Positions 56,038 through 56,215 of a stretch of DNA of 56,215 nt are shown one piece after another. Where the stretch lies: positions 1 through 56,215 of the forward strand of contig CAYWPX010000011.1 of assembly GCA_964460615.1 (NCBI GenBank), read 5' to 3'. The DNA is from an uncultured Planctomycetia bacterium. Its GTDB lineage: Bacteria > Omnitrophota > Gorgyraeia > CAYWPX01. The notes beneath the pieces were generated by a model. It was not told the DNA's origin. It saw only the letters and a list, made by a program, of their open reading frames with translations, and did no database searches. The translations under genes were made by a program, and so were the position numbers. The first letter of the stretch is position 1; the number at the start of each line of letters is the position of its first letter.

Positions 56038-56215
56038 ATGCCAAATCAAAAGAAAAAAAATATAAAGTTTTTTCTTTTTTTCCTAGCGTTAAGCTTGATT
56101 TTACCTTTTTATGCCTATTCCGCTACCTTTGACCTTCCGCTCATAAAGGGATGGAGCTTAGTCTCGCTTCCTCTGGTGCCAGATAATTCTGATATATCGT
56201 CCGTATTTAGCCCTA
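56038..56215 (+). CDS. Secreted protein, 3' end cut by the window edge
   Basis: GGAGAA RBS then ATG at 56038. MPNQKKKNIKFFLFFLALSLILPFYAYSA signal peptide. The frame is open to the end of the window. Not in the ORF track because no stop codon is reached. Confidence 0.55.
   Translation, partial: MPNQKKKNIKFFLFFLALSLILPFYAYSATFDLPLIKGWSLVSLPLVPDNSDISSVFSP

Overview
AT-rich bacterial window, probably from an uncultivated diderm lineage (TolC-type outer-membrane gene present; an Omnitrophota-like origin is only a guess). No rRNA, tRNA, CRISPR array or transposase was seen. Coding density is very high.

Layout:
- (a) 3-19297 (+): one almost gapless gene train. It holds a 5'-truncated giant protein of roughly 70 tandem 13-aa G-[IV]-N-W repeats, a duplicated-module membrane-anchored protein, a divergent F-type ATPase operon, and a T2SS/type IV pilus-like module.
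  - The ATPase genes run alpha-epsilon-c-b/delta-gamma-beta, with no a subunit anywhere in the window.
  - The T2SS/T4P-like module starts 3 nt after the ATPase. It comprises a GspE ATPase with a C-terminal PilZ domain, GspF, GspG, two minor pseudopilins, GspK, a PilM-PilN fusion, a PilO-like protein and a TPR protein. No secretin, GspC or prepilin peptidase is present.
- (b) 19302-24852 (-): transglutaminase-like protein, S41 peptidase and an STT3/PglB-like oligosaccharyltransferase whose WWD motif reads WWC.
- (c) 24976-33743: envelope glycosylation genes (GT2, GT-C, polyprenol-phosphate GT2, methyltransferase, UDP-GlcNAc 2-epimerase, LPG-synthase-TM-like protein) plus a membrane PilZ protein.
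- (d) 34012-46295 (+): CBS protein, two different alpha-glucan phosphorylases each followed by a CheY-type receiver, PDZ, DUF3108-like and NYN/YacP-like proteins, and an APC permease.
- (e) 46584-52820 (+): TolC / HlyD / 2 ATPases / 2 ABC-2 permeases (YbhGFSR-type).
- (f) 53140-55911 (+): 923-aa secreted CBM9 / Ig-like / beta-propeller protein.

Best leads: the a-less rearranged ATPase fused into the giant-repeat-protein and pilus gene train; the novel 13-aa repeat protein with a 234-nt higher-order repeat; and a structured RNA leader present in two copies with compensatory base changes (46442-46564 and 52989-53108).

All calls come from reading motifs by eye. No database search was run.
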